In this document: in pieces, positions 8,265 to 16,647 of the stretch
Layout: the number at the start of each line of letters is the position of its first letter
How positions within the stretch are numbered: position 1 is the stretch's first letter
Origin: Geotalea uraniireducens Rf4
Lineage (GTDB): Bacteria; Desulfobacterota; Desulfuromonadia; Geobacterales; Geobacteraceae
Length of the DNA: 32,000 nucleotides
Direction: 5' to 3'
NCBI RefSeq assembly: GCF_000016745.1
Contig: NC_009483.1
Span: 2,250,001 to 2,282,000 of the forward strand
Program-made: the position numbers and the translations under genes
The notes under the pieces: generated by a model
What the model saw: the letters and a program-made list of their open reading frames with translations, nothing else
Told to the model about the DNA's origin: nothing
Databases searched by the model: none

Positions 8265-10535
8265 TTGAGGATTGGGGAGCGCATCCGTGTTGAAATAGAA
8301 GGTATTGTCCAGGGGGTCGGTTTTCGGCCTTTCGTCTTCCGGCTTGCCCGGCGGCACAGTTTGACGGGGTGGGTGAGCAATACATCCCGCGGGGTGTTGC
8401 TGGAGGCGGAGGGGGGGGCGGATGACCTGGCCGCCTTTTATCTTGGCCTGCAAAACGAGACTCCTCCCCTAGCGGTGATCTCCGGCATCCGGCGAAGCAG
8501 CGTTCCGCTCCTCGGCAGCGGTGTTTTTTCGATTCTTGCCAGCAGAGGCGGTGAAGGGGGCGTGCAGATCTCCCCCGATTGCGACGTTTGCCCCGATTGC
8601 CTGACGGAACTGTTTAACCCGCGTGACCGCCGCTATCGCTATCCTTTCATAAACTGCACCAATTGCGGCCCCCGTTATTCCATTATCACGGCCACCCCCT
8701 ACGACCGGGAATCGACCACCATGGCCTCATTTGCCATGTGCGACGACTGCCGCACCGAGTACGAAGATCCCGCCGATCGCCGCTTTCATGCCCAGCCCAA
8801 TGCCTGTCCCGTCTGCGGGCCAAAGCTTGAGCTCCTCGACTCACGAGGCGGCGCGGTCGACTGTGACCCGCTCGATGAGGCCGTTCACTTGCTGAAGGAG
8901 GGACGGATCCTGGCAGTGAAGGGGATCGGCGGTTACCACCTGGCGGTTGACGCCTGTAATGAAACAGCGGTAGCGGAATTGAGGCGGCGCAAGAAGCGGG
9001 ATGAAAAACCCTTTGCCCTGATGGTGGCAGGTCCGGAGCAAGTCGAAGTTTTGGCCCATGCCGATCAGACCGAAATGCGCCTCCTGACGGGGCCGGAACG
9101 CCCCATTGTCCTGCTCGGCAAGCGTGACGGCAACCCCATTGCCAGGCGGGTCGCCCCAGCCAACGGCTATTTCGGCGTAATGCTCCCTTCGACGCCTCTT
9201 CACCATCTGCTGCTCACCGATAACTTTGCCGCCCTGGTGATGACCAGCGGCAATGCTTCGGATGAGCCGATCGTTTATCGCGATGCGGACGCATTGGAGC
9301 AACTGGCCGACATCGCCGACTATTTTCTGGTCCATGATCGGAAAATCCATAGCCGCAGCGACGATTCGGTGATCCGCGTCTTTCGTGGAAATCCCCTCTT
9401 TCTGCGCCGTTCCCGCGGTTATGTTCCGCGGAGTGTCATGCTCCAGGCCCCCCAAAGGCAGGTGCTTGCAGTCGGAGCCGAACTGAAGGGCGCTATCTGT
9501 CTGACACGGGGAGAGCGGGCATTCATGAGCCAACATCTCGGCGATCTGAAGAATGTCGCAACCCTCAGTGCCCTCGAAGAGACCGTCTCCCATCTGGAGC
9601 GGGTATTGGCCATAGCGCCTGAAGTGGTGGCCCACGACCTCCACCCCGACTACCTGTCCACGTCGTATGCCGTCGGCAGGAGCAGTCTGCCGCAGGTGGC
9701 GGTGCAGCATCACCATGCCCATATGGCTTCCTGCATGGCGGAAAACGGCCTGGATGGGAAGGTTATCGGCGTGATCTTCGACGGCACCGGCTACGGCCTC
9801 GACGGCACCATCTGGGGGGGGGAATTCCTGCTCGGCGATTATCGAGGTTTTCAGCGGCGCGGGCATCTGACCTCCGTGCCTATGCCGGGTGGCGATGCAG
9901 CGGTCAGGGAGCCATGGCGCATGGCGCTTTCCCATTGTTATGCGGCCTTGGGCGCAGAGGCCTTGATACTTCCGCTGCCCTTCCTTTCGGTGCTTTCCGA
10001 ACAGGACAAACGGCTGCTGCTGCGGATGCTGGAGCGGGGCATCAACTCGCCGCAGACATCAAGCTGCGGCAGGCTGTTCGATGCCGTTGCGGCGCTGATC
10101 GGCGTGCGTGGCAGGGTGTCCTTTGAGGGACAGGCGGCAATCGAGCTGGAGGCTCTGGCAGAAAAAGGGGTGTCCATGTGGAACTATCCCTATGCAGTTA
10201 TTTCCCGTGACAACAAGCAGGTTGTCGATTTCAGGCTCTTGTTCGCAGCGATGGTGCAGGACCTGCTTGCGGGTGCAGCGCCTTCCGACATGGCGCGCCG
10301 CTTTCACGACACCCTGACCGTTGCCGTTGCCGATGTCTGCGCAAAGATACGTAAAGATAGCGGCGTTGACCGGGTGGTGCTGTCCGGCGGTGTTTTTCAG
10401 AATAAACTCCTGGCGGAGGGGGTCCACTCCCTCCTCACGGAGAGGGGGTTCCAGGTTTTCAGCCACCGACTCGTTCCCCCCAACGACGGTGGGCTTGCTC
10501 TTGGGCAGGCAGCTATAGCGGGAAGGAGTCAATAA
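8265..10535 (+). CDS. hypF: Carbamoyltransferase HypF
   Basis: 756 aa. Acylphosphatase-like VQGVGFRPFV, two zinc-finger pairs (CPDC...CTNC and CDDC...CPVC), and YrdC-like and Kae1-like regions. The TTG start at 8265 follows GAGGTGAGGA, but the exact start is uncertain. Confidence 0.9.
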   Translation: MRIGERIRVEIEGIVQGVGFRPFVFRLARRHSLTGWVSNTSRGVLLEAEGGADDLAAFYLGLQNETPPLAVISGIRRSSVPLLGSGVFSILASRGGEGGVQISPDCDVCPDCLTELFNPRDRRYRYPFINCTNCGPRYSIITATPYDRESTTMASFAMCDDCRTEYEDPADRRFHAQPNACPVCGPKLELLDSRGGAVDCDPLDEAVHLLKEGRILAVKGIGGYHLAVDACNETAVAELRRRKKRDEKPFALMVAGPEQVEVLAHADQTEMRLLTGPERPIVLLGKRDGNPIARRVAPANGYFGVMLPSTPLHHLLLTDNFAALVMTSGNASDEPIVYRDADALEQLADIADYFLVHDRKIHSRSDDSVIRVFRGNPLFLRRSRGYVPRSVMLQAPQRQVLAVGAELKGAICLTRGERAFMSQHLGDLKNVATLSALEETVSHLERVLAIAPEVVAHDLHPDYLSTSYAVGRSSLPQVAVQHHHAHMASCMAENGLDGKVIGVIFDGTGYGLDGTIWGGEFLLGDYRGFQRRGHLTSVPMPGGDAAVREPWRMALSHCYAALGAEALILPLPFLSVLSEQDKRLLLRMLERGINSPQTSSCGRLFDAVAALIGVRGRVSFEGQAAIELEALAEKGVSMWNYPYAVISRDNKQVVDFRLLFAAMVQDLLAGAAPSDMARRFHDTLTVAVADVCAKIRKDSGVDRVVLSGGVFQNKLLAEGVHSLLTERGFQVFSHRLVPPNDGGLALGQAAIAGRSQ

Positions 10536-10765
10536 TGTGTGTAGGTGTTCCAATGCAGGTGGTAAGTATCGACAACGACAATGCCGTCACGGAGATCGAC
10601 GGGGTAAGGCGCGAGGCAAGCCTCATGCTCCTGGCCGATGAGGTCAATGTCGGCGACTTTGTCATTGTCCATGCCGGTTTCGCAATTTCCAGGCTGGACG
10701 AGGAAGACGCCAGGGAGACCCTGGCGATGATGCGGGAGGTGTTCAGCGTCGAGGACATGGCATGA
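10535..10765 (+). CDS. hypC: Hydrogenase assembly chaperone HypC/HybG
   Basis: 76 aa with an MCVGVP N-terminus. Overlaps the hypF stop in a TAATG arrangement. GGAAGGAG RBS. Confidence 0.92.
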   Translation: MCVGVPMQVVSIDNDNAVTEIDGVRREASLMLLADEVNVGDFVIVHAGFAISRLDEEDARETLAMMREVFSVEDMA

Positions 10766-10767
10766 AT

Positions 10768-10889
10768 TGTTCGCGCTGAAAAACGCCCAACTGCGGCGTT
10801 GATTTCGTCGCTGTGCTGCTCACGTACTGACGTACGCTCCGCTGCTCGCTCCTCATCGCCTTGCATTTGGACATTTTTGAGCGCGAACA
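10768..10889. repeat. MITE-like palindromic-end element directly after hypC
   Basis: Inverted repeats TGTTCGCGCTGAAAAA (10768-10783) and TTTTTGAGCGCGAACA (10874-10889), 15/16 complementary. Starts 3 nt after the hypC stop. The minus-strand ORFs drawn here look spurious. Confidence 0.55.
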
Positions 10890-10897
10890 TCTAATCT

Positions 10898-11070
10898 GCC
10901 GATTAGTACCAATCTTTCTAAAGACCAAGTCCCCCTTTATGAAAGGGGGATTTAGGGGGATTTGTCTTTCAGCGCAGCCAGGAAAAATCCCCCCTTGCCC
11001 TTTAGGCCCGTAGTTTGGGTCCCCTTTCTCAAAGGGGGGTAACTTCTGCGGAAGATTAGTGCTAATCAGG
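10898..11070. mobile_element. MITE-like element (family C) upstream of hypD
   Basis: Ends GATTAGTACCAATCTT (10901-10916) and AAGATTAGTGCTAATC (11052-11067), 14/16 complementary. Flanked by the 8-bp direct repeat TCTAATCT (10890-10897 and 11071-11078). The interior holds C/T-arm to G/A-arm hairpins (10930-10950 and 11021-11037). Confidence 0.6.
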
Positions 11071-11100
11071 TCTAATCTTAGGAACGAATGGGTTACGAAT

Positions 11101-12192
11101 ATGAATTACTTGAATGAATTCCGCAACCGGACTGTAGTGACAGGCTTTGCCGAACGGATCAGGCAGCTGACGGCCGGAAGAAGCGAACCGATGACTTTCA
11201 TGGAGGTGTGCGGCACCCATACCATGGCCATTTGCCAGTTCGGCATCAGGTCTCTTCTTCCTCCACAGGTACGGCTGATCTCCGGTCCCGGCTGCCCGGT
11301 CTGCGTCACTCCCAACAGCTATCTGGACCGCGCCGTGGCTTACTGCCGCCTTCCCGATGTCATTATCGCCACCTTCGGCGACATGATGCGCGTTCCCGGT
11401 TCCTCCACCTCGCTCATGGAAGAGCGCGCCAGGGGGGCGGACATCCGCATTGTTTACTCTCCTCTGGATGCAGTGGCCCTGGCGGCGAAAAATCCGGGCA
11501 AGCGGGTGATCTTTCTCGGCGTCGGTTTTGAAACCACGGCGCCCACCATCGCCGGCAGCATCCTTGTCGCTGCGGCACAGGGGCTTGACAATTATTTTGT
11601 CCTGGCTGCCCATAAAACCATACCGAAGCCGATGGCGGTGCTTGCCGCTGACCCTGAGCTGCGGATAGACGGGTTTATCTGCCCCGCCCACGTCAGTGCG
11701 GTTATCGGCGCCGGAGCCTATGGTTTCCTGGCTGAAGAATACCATATACCGTGCGTTGTCACCGGTTTCGAGCCGGTCGACATAATGCAGGGGGTGGAGA
11801 TGCTGGCCCGGCAGATGCTGGAAGGAAAGAGCAGGGTGGAGATCCAGTACAGCCGGGTGGTGAAGTGGGAAGGGAATAAAAAGGCCCAAGAGGTTCTGTC
11901 CCGGGTGTTTACCCCCTGCGACGCCGATTGGCGCGGAATCGGCAATATACCCGGCAGCGGTCTGGAGATCAGCGCCGCCTATGCGGCTTTTGACGCGGCA
12001 AAGGCGATTCCCGTGGAGGTTGAAGAGCTGCGGGAGCATGCAGGATGTCTCTGCGGAGAGATCCTGAAGGGAAAGGTCGCGCCCGACGATTGTCCCCTGT
12101 TCGGCACGACCTGCACCCCCGAAGCGCCGGTCGGCGCCTGCATGGTGTCGTCGGAGGGGACCTGCGCCGCGGCTTATAAATACGGCCGCTGA
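11101..12192 (+). CDS. hypD: Hydrogenase maturation Fe-S protein HypD
   Basis: Begins MNYLNEFRN. Motifs CGTHT, GPGCPVCV, GFETT and CPAHVS. The GTG at 11059 lies inside the element's inverted repeat, so ATG 11101 is preferred. Confidence 0.92.
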   Translation: MNYLNEFRNRTVVTGFAERIRQLTAGRSEPMTFMEVCGTHTMAICQFGIRSLLPPQVRLISGPGCPVCVTPNSYLDRAVAYCRLPDVIIATFGDMMRVPGSSTSLMEERARGADIRIVYSPLDAVALAAKNPGKRVIFLGVGFETTAPTIAGSILVAAAQGLDNYFVLAAHKTIPKPMAVLAADPELRIDGFICPAHVSAVIGAGAYGFLAEEYHIPCVVTGFEPVDIMQGVEMLARQMLEGKSRVEIQYSRVVKWEGNKKAQEVLSRVFTPCDADWRGIGNIPGSGLEISAAYAAFDAAKAIPVEVEELREHAGCLCGEILKGKVAPDDCPLFGTTCTPEAPVGACMVSSEGTCAAAYKYGR

Positions 12193-12225
12193 AATTACCA
12201 TTAATCCTGAAAAAAAGCATTTTAA

Positions 12226-12539
12226 CCACGAATTTTCACGAATTTACACGAATATACAAAATCTTGTAATGCAGAACAGCAGTGTCCGGTTAACTTTTTG
12301 CAGTCCGCAGCACTACCCCTCTCCCTAGCTCTCTCCCACAAGGGGAGAGGGGACTACAAGCTCCCCTCCCTCCGATGGGAGGGGCTGGGGGAGGGTGCAA
12401 TGCGCTGGTTTTAAGCACAAGAGAGATTCTGCAATTTTCTAACCGGACAATGCTGAATGCAGAACGTTTACCAAATCGGTGACCACTCAAAGCTTAATAA
12501 GGGGTTATAAACATTCGTGTTTATTCGTGTCATTCGTGG
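12226..12539. mobile_element. Outer MITE-like element (family B) between hypD and hypE, carrying a nested insertion
   Basis: About 28-bp imperfect terminal inverted repeats, each built from three CACGAAT/ATTCGTG units about 10 bp apart: CCACGAATTTTCACGAATTTACACGAAT at 12226-12253 and ATTCGTGTTTATTCGTGTCATTCGTGG at 12513-12539. Confidence 0.6.
12277..12455. mobile_element. Inner MITE-like element, same family A as 4501-4719
   Basis: Ends CAGCAGTGTCCGGTTAA (12277-12293) and CTAACCGGACAATGCTG (12439-12455) share the TGTCCGGTT core with the hybB/hybL element. Flanked by the 9-bp duplication AATGCAGAA (12268-12276 and 12456-12464). Confidence 0.75.
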
Positions 12540-12585
12540 CTAACTGTCGTTTTAGATTCAGCCTTTACTTAACAGGAGCACAAAC

Positions 12586-13596
12586 TTGGACAAGGACCTC
12601 ATACTTTTAGGGCACGGCAGCGGCGGCAAATTATCCCATCAATTGCTGGACGAGCTGATCATCCCGACGCTTTCCGGCATCCCGGTTTCCGGGCAGAACG
12701 ATGCGGCGGTGGTGGAACACGACGGGGGGCGGCTCGCCTTTACCACCGATTCCTATGTGGTCGATCCGATCTTTTTCCCCGGCGGCAATATCGGCGATCT
12801 GGCAGTGAACGGCACAGTCAACGATCTGGCCATGGTGGGGGCGACCCCGCTTTTCATCAGCGTCGGGCTGATCATGGAGGAGGGGTTCAGCCGGAAGGAG
12901 CTGGCGGCTATTCTTGTTTCCATGCGCGAGGCTGCCGATCTGGCAGGGGTGCGGATCGTGACCGGTGACACCAAGGTGGTTCCGAGGGGGAAGGTTGACC
13001 GGATTTACATCAACACTTCCGGCGTCGGCATATTCGAACACGGCCTCCGGATTGACGGCTGCGGCGCCAGGGTAGGGGACAAGGTGCTCATCAACGGCAC
13101 CATCGGCGATCATGGTGTTGCAGTGCTTTCTGCGCGGGAAGGGTTGGAGCTGGAAAGCGGCATGAAAAGCGATAGTGCTGCCTTGAATGGATTGGTAGCC
13201 GAGATTCTCAAGGAAGGGGATGCCGTGCATGTGCTGCGTGATCCGACCCGCGGCGGTGTCGCTACCACTCTCAAGGAGATAGCCGTGCAGTCCCGGGTTA
13301 CCATAAAATTGAGCGAAGCGGAGCTACCGTTCAAGAGTGCGGTTAAGGGTGTTTGTGCTATCCTCGGTCTTGATCCGCTCCATGTGGCCAATGAAGGGAA
13401 GTTTTTGGCGATCGTCTCACCGGAGGCGGCTGATTTAGTGCTGGAGCGGATGCGCAACCATCCATTGGGTGCTGACGCTGCCGTTATCGGCGAGGTTACC
13501 GAAGCTTCTGCCGGCCGGGTACAGATTGAAACGGAGGTAGGCGGCTTGCGTGGGGTGGATATGCTGGCGGGCGAGCAGTTGCCGCGGATCTGCTGA
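12586..13596 (+). CDS. hypE: Hydrogenase maturation protein HypE (carbamoyl dehydratase)
   Basis: TTG start with AGGAG at 12574-12578. AIR-synthase-like fold signature (LGHGSGGK) and the diagnostic C-terminal PRIC. Confidence 0.92.
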   Translation: MDKDLILLGHGSGGKLSHQLLDELIIPTLSGIPVSGQNDAAVVEHDGGRLAFTTDSYVVDPIFFPGGNIGDLAVNGTVNDLAMVGATPLFISVGLIMEEGFSRKELAAILVSMREAADLAGVRIVTGDTKVVPRGKVDRIYINTSGVGIFEHGLRIDGCGARVGDKVLINGTIGDHGVAVLSAREGLELESGMKSDSAALNGLVAEILKEGDAVHVLRDPTRGGVATTLKEIAVQSRVTIKLSEAELPFKSAVKGVCAILGLDPLHVANEGKFLAIVSPEAADLVLERMRNHPLGADAAVIGEVTEASAGRVQIETEVGGLRGVDMLAGEQLPRIC

Positions 13597-13631
13597 TGCC
13601 TTGGTGGAGTGTTCGGATACGTTGCTTCGTG

Positions 13632-13913
13632 TCAGTCCAATATGGTTTTTTCAAACTCCAAACCGATGCCGGTTTCCGTCACCCTGACCACCGTTGCCTG
13701 AAGGTCGCATAGCTGGTCAGGTGTTGAATAGGTGTAAATCGTTACCTCCACGGAATCATTCAGGGGGATTTTCTCGGTTGTATTTACAAATACCCCCTTC
13801 ATGCTCAGGTTTTCCACCACCCCCATGATGACCGTATCGTCGTGCTTTATACTCGCGTCGGAGTGCAGCGCCAGTCGGGCGAACTTTCTTCTTTCCATTA
13901 GCGTATTTTCCAT
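13632..13913 (-). CDS. PilZ domain protein (c-di-GMP receptor)
   Basis: 93 aa with the RRKFAR (RxxxR) and ENLSMKG (D/NxSxxG) motifs. Confidence 0.8.
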   Translation of the reverse strand: MENTLMERRKFARLALHSDASIKHDDTVIMGVVENLSMKGVFVNTTEKIPLNDSVEVTIYTYSTPDQLCDLQATVVRVTETGIGLEFEKTILD

Positions 13914-14080
13914 GTCGGTTGATCACCTCATGCCTAAGCTGGACAAGCCGGAACCAAACGGGTGACTCAAAACCAAAGCATACCACCGGGACATTGGGAC
14001 ACGGATGAATGCACAGAGAAAAAGCCTTACTTTTCCATTCTAAATCAACAGATTGTTCGCGAAGAGTAACGTATTAAGTC

Positions 14081-14476
14081 TTAAACGCCTAACGGCTGGT
14101 CTGTATGAACGCCTGAAGAAAATTCCATGATTTCGTCCACCCTGACCATTAGCCGGTATTGCACCTGAGGCATGCCGGGCTCTTCAAGCGGGGCGTAGCC
14201 GTCAAGGATTGCGGTTTCGGCGGTTTTCTCAACTACGCCGCTGAATTGATAGCCGTTTCCCGATGCCGATGCTGTGACCGTAACAGCCACGTAAGGGTTC
14301 TTGGACACATTTTCCATGGTCTTGTGGCAAAACCACGCCTCGAAAACGAGATGGGAGCTGTTCATGACGTGCAGATCCCGGCCGACGGCCAGGTGAGGTC
14401 GCCCTGACTCGTCTGCTGAAGCTACGAAAGCGTGTTCGATGGATTCGATGAAACGGCTGATTTCCTCAGTCAACAT
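14081..14476 (-). CDS. Pyridoxamine 5'-phosphate oxidase-like FMN-binding family protein
   Basis: Start chosen at MLTEEISRFIES, with AAGGAG 8 nt upstream on the minus strand. The pattern FVASADESGRPHL...NPYVAVTV is typical of the split-barrel family. The longer ORF (to 14659) has no RBS. Confidence 0.6.
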   Translation of the reverse strand: MLTEEISRFIESIEHAFVASADESGRPHLAVGRDLHVMNSSHLVFEAWFCHKTMENVSKNPYVAVTVTASASGNGYQFSGVVEKTAETAILDGYAPLEEPGMPQVQYRLMVRVDEIMEFSSGVHTDQPLGV

Positions 14477-14540
14477 GCTTTGCACACTCCTTTGATCTTG
14501 CCTTCCCATTTCCGGCAGAACTGGTTTTTCTCCAACAGGT

Positions 14541-14891
14541 TTAATCGACGTAATTCCCTTTTGTTTCAAAATCCAGTATGTCGAGGAGCGTTTTAGGCTT
14601 GTAGGGAAGAGAGTGGGGCTTTTTATCTCCCCTGGTCCATTGAACCACCTCTTCCCCATCTTTTAAGGTCTTTGATATCCGGTCGCCGCAGAGCTCCTTC
14701 ACGTGGTCCCACATCTGCTGCATATCGATCAGCTCAAATCCGCCGAATTCCTCATCTTTCCCGACATTGCTTTCAAATCTCTCGATGAGGTCGAAATCGA
14801 TGAAATCTTCTTCCTTTCTCCACCATTTGATAAAGCACTGCTCTGCCGTTTTCTTCTCCCTGATAATCTTCATCATTTCGCCGCCGGTCAT
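14541..14891 (-). CDS. Hypothetical acidic protein (116 aa)
   Basis: AAGGAGG lies 6 nt upstream of the ATG at 14891. I recognise no family motif. Confidence 0.55.
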   Translation of the reverse strand: MTGGEMMKIIREKKTAEQCFIKWWRKEEDFIDFDLIERFESNVGKDEEFGGFELIDMQQMWDHVKELCGDRISKTLKDGEEVVQWTRGDKKPHSLPYKPKTLLDILDFETKGNYVD

Positions 14892-15097
14892 GACATACCT
14901 CCTTTAATGCAATTGAATTTTCACCTCTTGACGGTTGACGCGCTTGCTGTTGACTGTCGGTACTCACTGATAAGTATAGCCCTTATGTAAGGGGGCGCAA
15001 GTCGGGAATTGCGCGGCTGTTGACTGCGCAAAATTAATGAATCGGCATAAGTGCCCATCTATTGCATTAGCATGACTTTTTGCTACCATTTGAATAA

Positions 15098-15296
15098 TTC
15101 CAATTCCAAATCAAGGCGCTATCTTCGTTGGCTCGTCTTCGGCTCCTCAACGTACCCCTCACTCTATCTCTCTCCCAGAGGGAGAGAGTACACTGTTTAC
15201 CCTCTCCCTCCGGGAGAGGGTGGCCAACGGCCGGGTGAGGGCCTTCGTCGCCTCACTCCTCGCCGCCTTGATTTCATCCTTGATTTGAAATTGGAA
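15098..15296. repeat. MITE-like element upstream of the aminotransferase gene
   Basis: 19-bp terminal inverted repeats TTCCAATTCCAAATCAAGG (15098-15116) and CCTTGATTTGAAATTGGAA (15278-15296), 18/19 complementary. Interior hairpins are CTCTCTCCC-AGA-GGGAGAGAG and CCCTCTCCC-TCC-GGGAGAGGG. Confidence 0.6.
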
Positions 15297-15363
15297 TAAC
15301 ATACCCACCGGCTTCTTTTCCATTTGCAGGCACAAAGCAACTTATCGTAAACAGGAGATAATC

Positions 15364-16647
15364 ATGGAAACAATGGCTGGATTAGTCAATCGGGCCGCAA
15401 ACGTTTTCACGCCGGCGCTGCATCTCTACTATCCGGTTGCAATAGCCAGCGGATGCGGCGCGACCGTCGAATCAACCGACGGGAGGCTCTATCTGGATTT
15501 TTCCTCGGGGCTCGCGGTCCTCAACGTGGGGCACAATCACCCCCGGGTGCTTGAGGCGGCGAGAAAACAGCTGGACTGTTATATTCATACCGGCGGGATA
15601 TATTATAGCGAGACCTCGGTATCGGCCGCAGAAAAACTGGTCTCTATAACCCCGGATGGGCTGGACATGCTGTTTTTCAGCAATTCGGGCGCAGAAGCCG
15701 TGGAAGGGGCCTTGAAACTGGCGCGCTTTACGACCGGCCGCCAGGGGATCATTTCTTTTACCGGCGCATTTCATGGCAGGACCTTGGGAGCGATATCGCT
15801 AACCACCAGTTCCGTTGATTATCGAAGGCGTTATCACCCCTTGCTCCCCTCGGTCTATCACTCGCCTTACCCTTACTGTTTCCGCTGCCCCATCCATGAA
15901 TGTCCCGAGACGTGCGGACTCTCCTGTCTGCGATACCTTCGGACCATCTTCGAACGGCAGATCCCGGCAGAGGAAGTGGCAGCCGTCATAATAGAGCCCG
16001 TTCTCGGCGAGGGGGGGTATCATCCCGCGCCGGCAAAGTTTCTGGTGGAGTTGCGAAAATTGTGCACCGAGCACGGCATCCTGCTGATCTTCGATGAAGT
16101 CCAGTCCGGCATGGGCCGGACCGGCCGCTGGTTTGCAGGAGAACAGAGCGGGGTCGTGCCGGACATCATGACCGTTGCAAAGGGGATCGCTTCGGGGTTT
16201 CCCCTTTCGGCGGTCGTGGCCGGAAGGGATTTGATGCAGAGGTGGAACCCCGGTGCACACGGCACGACCTTTGGCGGCAACCCGGTTTCCTGTGCTGCTT
16301 CCATTGCGACAATCGAGGTGATACAGAGGCAGAAGCTGCTTGATAAAGCATCAATGGGCGGCGTCCGGGCACTGGACAGGCTGCGGAAAATTGCCGCAAC
16401 ATTCCCGGTTATCGGCGACGTGCGCGGTTTCGGCCACATGATCGGCATCGAATTCGTCGATAAAATGGGAGAGCCGAACGGCAATGCCTGCCGGAAGGTC
16501 CTCGATCATTGTCTCGAAAAAGGGTTGATCCTCATCGGTTGCGGACCGATGAGGAATATTGTCAGGTTCATCCCGCCGCTCGTTGTCTCCGACGCGGAAA
16601 TGGAGTCGGCCCTCGACATATTCGAACAAGGGGTGAAGGGGTTGTGA
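15364..16647 (+). CDS. Class-III PLP-dependent aminotransferase (GABA/acetylornithine aminotransferase family)
   Basis: 427 aa with an AGGAG RBS. Motifs SNSGAEAVEGALKLAR, DEVQSGMGRTG and the Schiff-base Lys context TVAKGIASGFP. Confidence 0.88.
   Translation: METMAGLVNRAANVFTPALHLYYPVAIASGCGATVESTDGRLYLDFSSGLAVLNVGHNHPRVLEAARKQLDCYIHTGGIYYSETSVSAAEKLVSITPDGLDMLFFSNSGAEAVEGALKLARFTTGRQGIISFTGAFHGRTLGAISLTTSSVDYRRRYHPLLPSVYHSPYPYCFRCPIHECPETCGLSCLRYLRTIFERQIPAEEVAAVIIEPVLGEGGYHPAPAKFLVELRKLCTEHGILLIFDEVQSGMGRTGRWFAGEQSGVVPDIMTVAKGIASGFPLSAVVAGRDLMQRWNPGAHGTTFGGNPVSCAASIATIEVIQRQKLLDKASMGGVRALDRLRKIAATFPVIGDVRGFGHMIGIEFVDKMGEPNGNACRKVLDHCLEKGLILIGCGPMRNIVRFIPPLVVSDAEMESALDIFEQGVKGL

Noticed and set aside
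12290-12490. ORFs inside repeat elements (12290-12490 on the minus strand, 15051-15299 on the plus strand, 10513-10890 and 10743-10928 on the minus strand).
   Set aside because: They are generated by the purine/pyrimidine hairpin arms of the MITE-like elements and have no RBS.
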